DNA of 37,738 bases. Origin: an uncultured Candidatus Saccharibacteria bacterium. Lineage in GTDB: Bacteria > Patescibacteriota > Minisyncoccia > Phycocordibacterales > UBA9973. This document shows positions 35,272 to 37,738 of the stretch, piece by piece. The DNA is taken from assembly GCA_964546355.1 (NCBI GenBank), contig CAZJJM010000002.1, positions 1 through 37,738 on the forward strand, written 5' to 3'. How positions within the stretch are numbered: the first letter of the stretch is position 1; the number at the start of each line of letters is the position of its first letter. The notes beneath the pieces are model-generated. The model ran no database searches. It was given only the letters and a program-made list of their open reading frames with translations, and was not told where the DNA came from. Both the position numbers and the translations under genes were made by a program.

Positions 35272-35757
35272 TTATACGATAGGTTCTTCTTCTCCTTTAA
35301 TAGAGTGAGTAAGCGTCATCGGCTTGAGTCGTGCAAAAAGGACCAATCCAAGTGAAAGGAGTGCGACATTTTTAATAATGTATTGACCAATAAGGTTTGG
35401 AAGGAGAAAACCATCCCACACCGCATGAGGAATCATGAAGAGAGGCATCACTGTCGTGAATAAATGGAACAATAAAATAGCAAATGTAATACGCTCAAGT
35501 TTTGGCAATAAAATCATTGCACCAAGCACTACTTCAAACACACCAAAATATCGAACGAATGTATCTGGGTCAATAAAACCAAGAAATGTTGATTGTAACA
35601 AACTTGTCACAAGAGGTCCCGCAGGACTGATGAGAAATACTTTCAATAAACCAAACCATACAAAAATAATAAATAACGAAATACGGGCAATTTGATCTGA
35701 GTGTTTTCGTAAAAAATAAATAACTTTTTGATCGAACTGTTCTATTGATTGTCTCAT
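35272..35757 (-). CDS. Small integral membrane protein (4 TM, DoxX/DUF417-like)
   Basis: 161 aa with four hydrophobic helices. The family assignment is tentative. Confidence 0.6.
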   Translation of the reverse strand: MRQSIEQFDQKVIYFLRKHSDQIARISLFIIFVWFGLLKVFLISPAGPLVTSLLQSTFLGFIDPDTFVRYFGVFEVVLGAMILLPKLERITFAILLFHLFTTVMPLFMIPHAVWDGFLLPNLIGQYIIKNVALLSLGLVLFARLKPMTLTHSIKGEEEPIV

Positions 35758-35769
35758 ATATATAGTATA

Positions 35770-36000
35770 TCAACGTCTCCGAGGTTTTGGAAGTGATTGT
35801 ATATACAGATCTTCAACTTTTGCACGTGCCCATGGTGTACGACGGAGAAATTTCAAACTTGATGCAATACTTGGATCACTCACAAAACAATTAATCTTAA
35901 TACGAGTACCAAGTTCTTCCCATCCATACATATCAACAAGCACTGTCAGTATCGATTCGAGTGTTTTCCCTTGTAATGGGTTGTTTGGATGATTACTCAT
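35770..36000 (-). CDS. VF530/DUF2132-family small helical protein
   Basis: 76 aa. The sequence ..[58 protein letters not shown] matches my memory of the DUF2132 consensus. Confidence 0.65.
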   Translation of the reverse strand: MSNHPNNPLQGKTLESILTVLVDMYGWEELGTRIKINCFVSDPSIASSLKFLRRTPWARAKVEDLYIQSLPKPRRR

Positions 36001-36568
36001 GTGTTTTTCTTGAAAAAAATTTAAAAATTATCATTGTCATAAATGTATTCGTCGTAATCATAACAATAGAATGAAGTGTCGTTGCGATATTATACGCTTG
36101 TAATGAGAACAACATGAGGATATGTCGAAATACATTCATTGAGTACAGTACAGGTGTTTCTGTTTCAGGGCGAGCCCATGTCTTACGCATCGTAGGAATA
36201 AATGCAACAAGATCAATACCGACTGCAATGATTACTGACACAGTAGGGTCTTTTGTCAGTATCCACGGAATAATACCGAGTAATGCAATGATAAAAAATA
36301 CGGTATCTATTTTACGGATATTTTTGAATCCATACTTGAGTGAAAAGAAAAAGATGATGATCGTGAACACTTCAGACGCAGCGGTCGGAATTGCTCCGAC
36401 ACCTGCACCTTTTGCGAGTTGTCCAAAAAAGATAATACATGATACGAGTGACCACACGAGCCATGTGTATGGATGTGGTTGTACTCTCCCCTTCATGATA
36501 TCTCGGAGATATGGAACATTGCCGACAATAGCAAGGAGCGCAGCAATGATCGCAATGGTGATTTTCAT
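35993..36568 (-). CDS. Integral membrane protein (about 6 TM), unknown family
   Basis: 191-aa hydrophobic ORF. It overlaps the downstream gene by 8 nt, which suggests translational coupling. Confidence 0.6.
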   Translation of the reverse strand: MKITIAIIAALLAIVGNVPYLRDIMKGRVQPHPYTWLVWSLVSCIIFFGQLAKGAGVGAIPTAASEVFTIIIFFFSLKYGFKNIRKIDTVFFIIALLGIIPWILTKDPTVSVIIAVGIDLVAFIPTMRKTWARPETETPVLYSMNVFRHILMLFSLQAYNIATTLHSIVMITTNTFMTMIIFKFFSRKTHE

Positions 36569-36586
36569 ATATCTATCCTACCATAC

Positions 36587-37075
36587 CTAGCGAATACCTT
36601 CTTCTTTTGCCTTTCTCATAATCGCATCACCTATCTGCCCCCAATCAAAATAGGTTTTATAGTCATCAATTTTAATAACTTTAATTTCTGTGATTCCCCC
36701 TGCTGGGTCTTCGATAAATTCTCCGAGTGGTTCTACATGAGCAACTACGCGCAATTGATATATTGGTTCTTTTCCTTCAATGAGAACTTTCTGATATCCG
36801 ATTGGTTTGAAATCAATGACCTTCATGTTTGATTCCTCTTGTATTTCACGAACAAACGTTTCTTCATATGTTTCCCCTTCTTCTATTGAACCCCCGATAA
36901 GTCCCCATGCATTTTTCTTACCACCAAAACCAATGACGATTTTACCTGGCTCAACAAAACACACTCCATATATTTGCTTACATCGATCTTGTGGGAGCAT
37001 ATCAAAATCATCACATTCATAATACTCAAATGTATGTTTTACTCCTTGTGGACTTGTCCAGAACTCTGTAATCAT
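36587..37075 (-). CDS. NUDIX hydrolase
   Basis: The Nudix box is GGSIEEGETYEETFVREIQEESN. Confidence 0.85.
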   Translation of the reverse strand: MITEFWTSPQGVKHTFEYYECDDFDMLPQDRCKQIYGVCFVEPGKIVIGFGGKKNAWGLIGGSIEEGETYEETFVREIQEESNMKVIDFKPIGYQKVLIEGKEPIYQLRVVAHVEPLGEFIEDPAGGITEIKVIKIDDYKTYFDWGQIGDAIMRKAKEEGIR

Positions 37076-37078
37076 ACT

Positions 37079-37474
37079 TTATCTATTCAAAAAGGTTACG
37101 CTCAATTGCAACACTGTAGCAAATGATACCCAGAGAAGATACGGAATCTGTATATACGTAATCCATCTCATGTGTGGATATATTGCAATCATTACCCACA
37201 CAAGAGTTATGAGCACAAGAAGAATATCAATCGCTGCGAGAAGATTATTTCGAAGTCCGAACTGAAGCGGAGTGAATGCGAAATTGAATATAAGATTTAA
37301 GACAAAGGGCAATACCACAATCCATGGAAGTTGTTTTTGTGAAGCCATCAAAAAGACCTTTCCGAAAGATATCGCGATAAGGATATACAATACACTCCAC
37401 ACTGGCCCAAAAAGATAACTTGGTGGTGCCCATGTTGGCTTGATCAGTTGTGAGTACCAGTTGTATGTGTTCAT
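37079..37474 (-). CDS. tspO: TspO/MBR family tryptophan-rich membrane protein (short, 131 aa)
   Basis: The N-terminus is WYSQLIKPTWAPPSYLFGPVWSVLYILIAISFG. The protein has multiple TM helices and conserved aromatic residues. Confidence 0.75.
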   Translation of the reverse strand: MNTYNWYSQLIKPTWAPPSYLFGPVWSVLYILIAISFGKVFLMASQKQLPWIVVLPFVLNLIFNFAFTPLQFGLRNNLLAAIDILLVLITLVWVMIAIYPHMRWITYIQIPYLLWVSFATVLQLSVTFLNR

Positions 37475-37493
37475 AATGATTAGGTACTGTTAA

Positions 37494-37738
37494 TTATAAA
37501 GGTGTTGAGAGAAGTATATTCGTTACAGGCATGAGAAGTACAATAATCGCAGGCATTGTTCTGATATACGGATCTCTTACTTTTATGTGCATTGCAATAG
37601 CTCCAACCATAAGCATTGCTAAAACTAGTGAAGCTGGGTAGACCAAAAACGGAAACCAGAATCCGGCGATCAACAACACAGCGATCAATATTTTTGTTGC
37701 ACCAACTACATACATAAACCACACAGGCAACCCATATG
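37494..37738 (-). CDS. DoxX-like membrane protein, 5'-truncated by the window edge
   Basis: The frame stays open to position 37738. The C-terminal half (..GATKILIAVLLIAGFWFPFLVYPASLVLAMLMVGAIAMH..) is DoxX-like. Confidence 0.55.
   Translation of the reverse strand, partial: YGLPVWFMYVVGATKILIAVLLIAGFWFPFLVYPASLVLAMLMVGAIAMHIKVRDPYIRTMPAIIVLLMPVTNILLSTPL

Noticed and set aside
37480-37722. Track ORF 37480..37722(-) overlapping the DoxX-like frame
   Set aside because: It is an alternative frame of the same region with Cys-rich, non-membrane-like composition. The 37494.. frame gives coherent TM helices and stays open to the window edge.

Overview
The window is gene-dense, AT-rich and has short intergenic spacers ending in clear hairpin terminators. 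I infer a small-genome bacterium, probably of the CPR/Patescibacteria type. That inference rests on gene content: a secretin-less type IV pilus cluster, a CxxC-x17-CxxC/lysine-tail protein, orphan membrane-anchored solute-binding proteins and many small orphan membrane proteins. It is not based on any search.

Layout, left to right:
- 1-1821: a partial diversity-generating retroelement (DGR). It has a promoter, a 311-aa target gene with a 3' variable repeat (VR), a terminator, and a template repeat (TR) about 500 bp downstream. No reverse transcriptase lies inside the window; it presumably sits beyond the left edge.
- 2178-2536: three tRNAs (Asp-GTC, Met/Ile2-CAT, initiator fMet-CAT).
- 2583-7544: a membrane protein, gatA, gatC, an orphan and ligA.
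- 7553-19026: one co-directional type IV pilus (T4P) cluster of about 11.5 kb. Gene order is pilM-N-O, a PilP-like gene, pilB, a CheY-like receiver, pilT, pilC, the major pilin, pilD and four minor pilins.
- 19055-25697: comFC (divergent from pilM), secG, an orphan family-5 solute-binding protein, RNase J, an MFS transporter and a pseudouridine synthase.
- 25731-29267: an orphan, a MutY-like glycosylase without Fe-S ligands, a GIY-YIG protein, a Cys/Met/Gly-rich membrane protein, a 2H phosphoesterase and a HAD hydrolase.
- 29333-37738: purA, a zinc-ribbon/H1-like protein, a HI0933-type flavoprotein, a P2-type ATPase, small membrane proteins, a VF530/DUF2132-like protein, a NUDIX hydrolase, TspO and a partial DoxX.

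The strongest non-obvious signal is the TR/VR pair at 287-417 and 790-920. The two 131-bp copies differ at 19 sites, and 18 of those are adenines in one copy on the coding strand. No CRISPR array, rRNA, transposase or integrase was seen.
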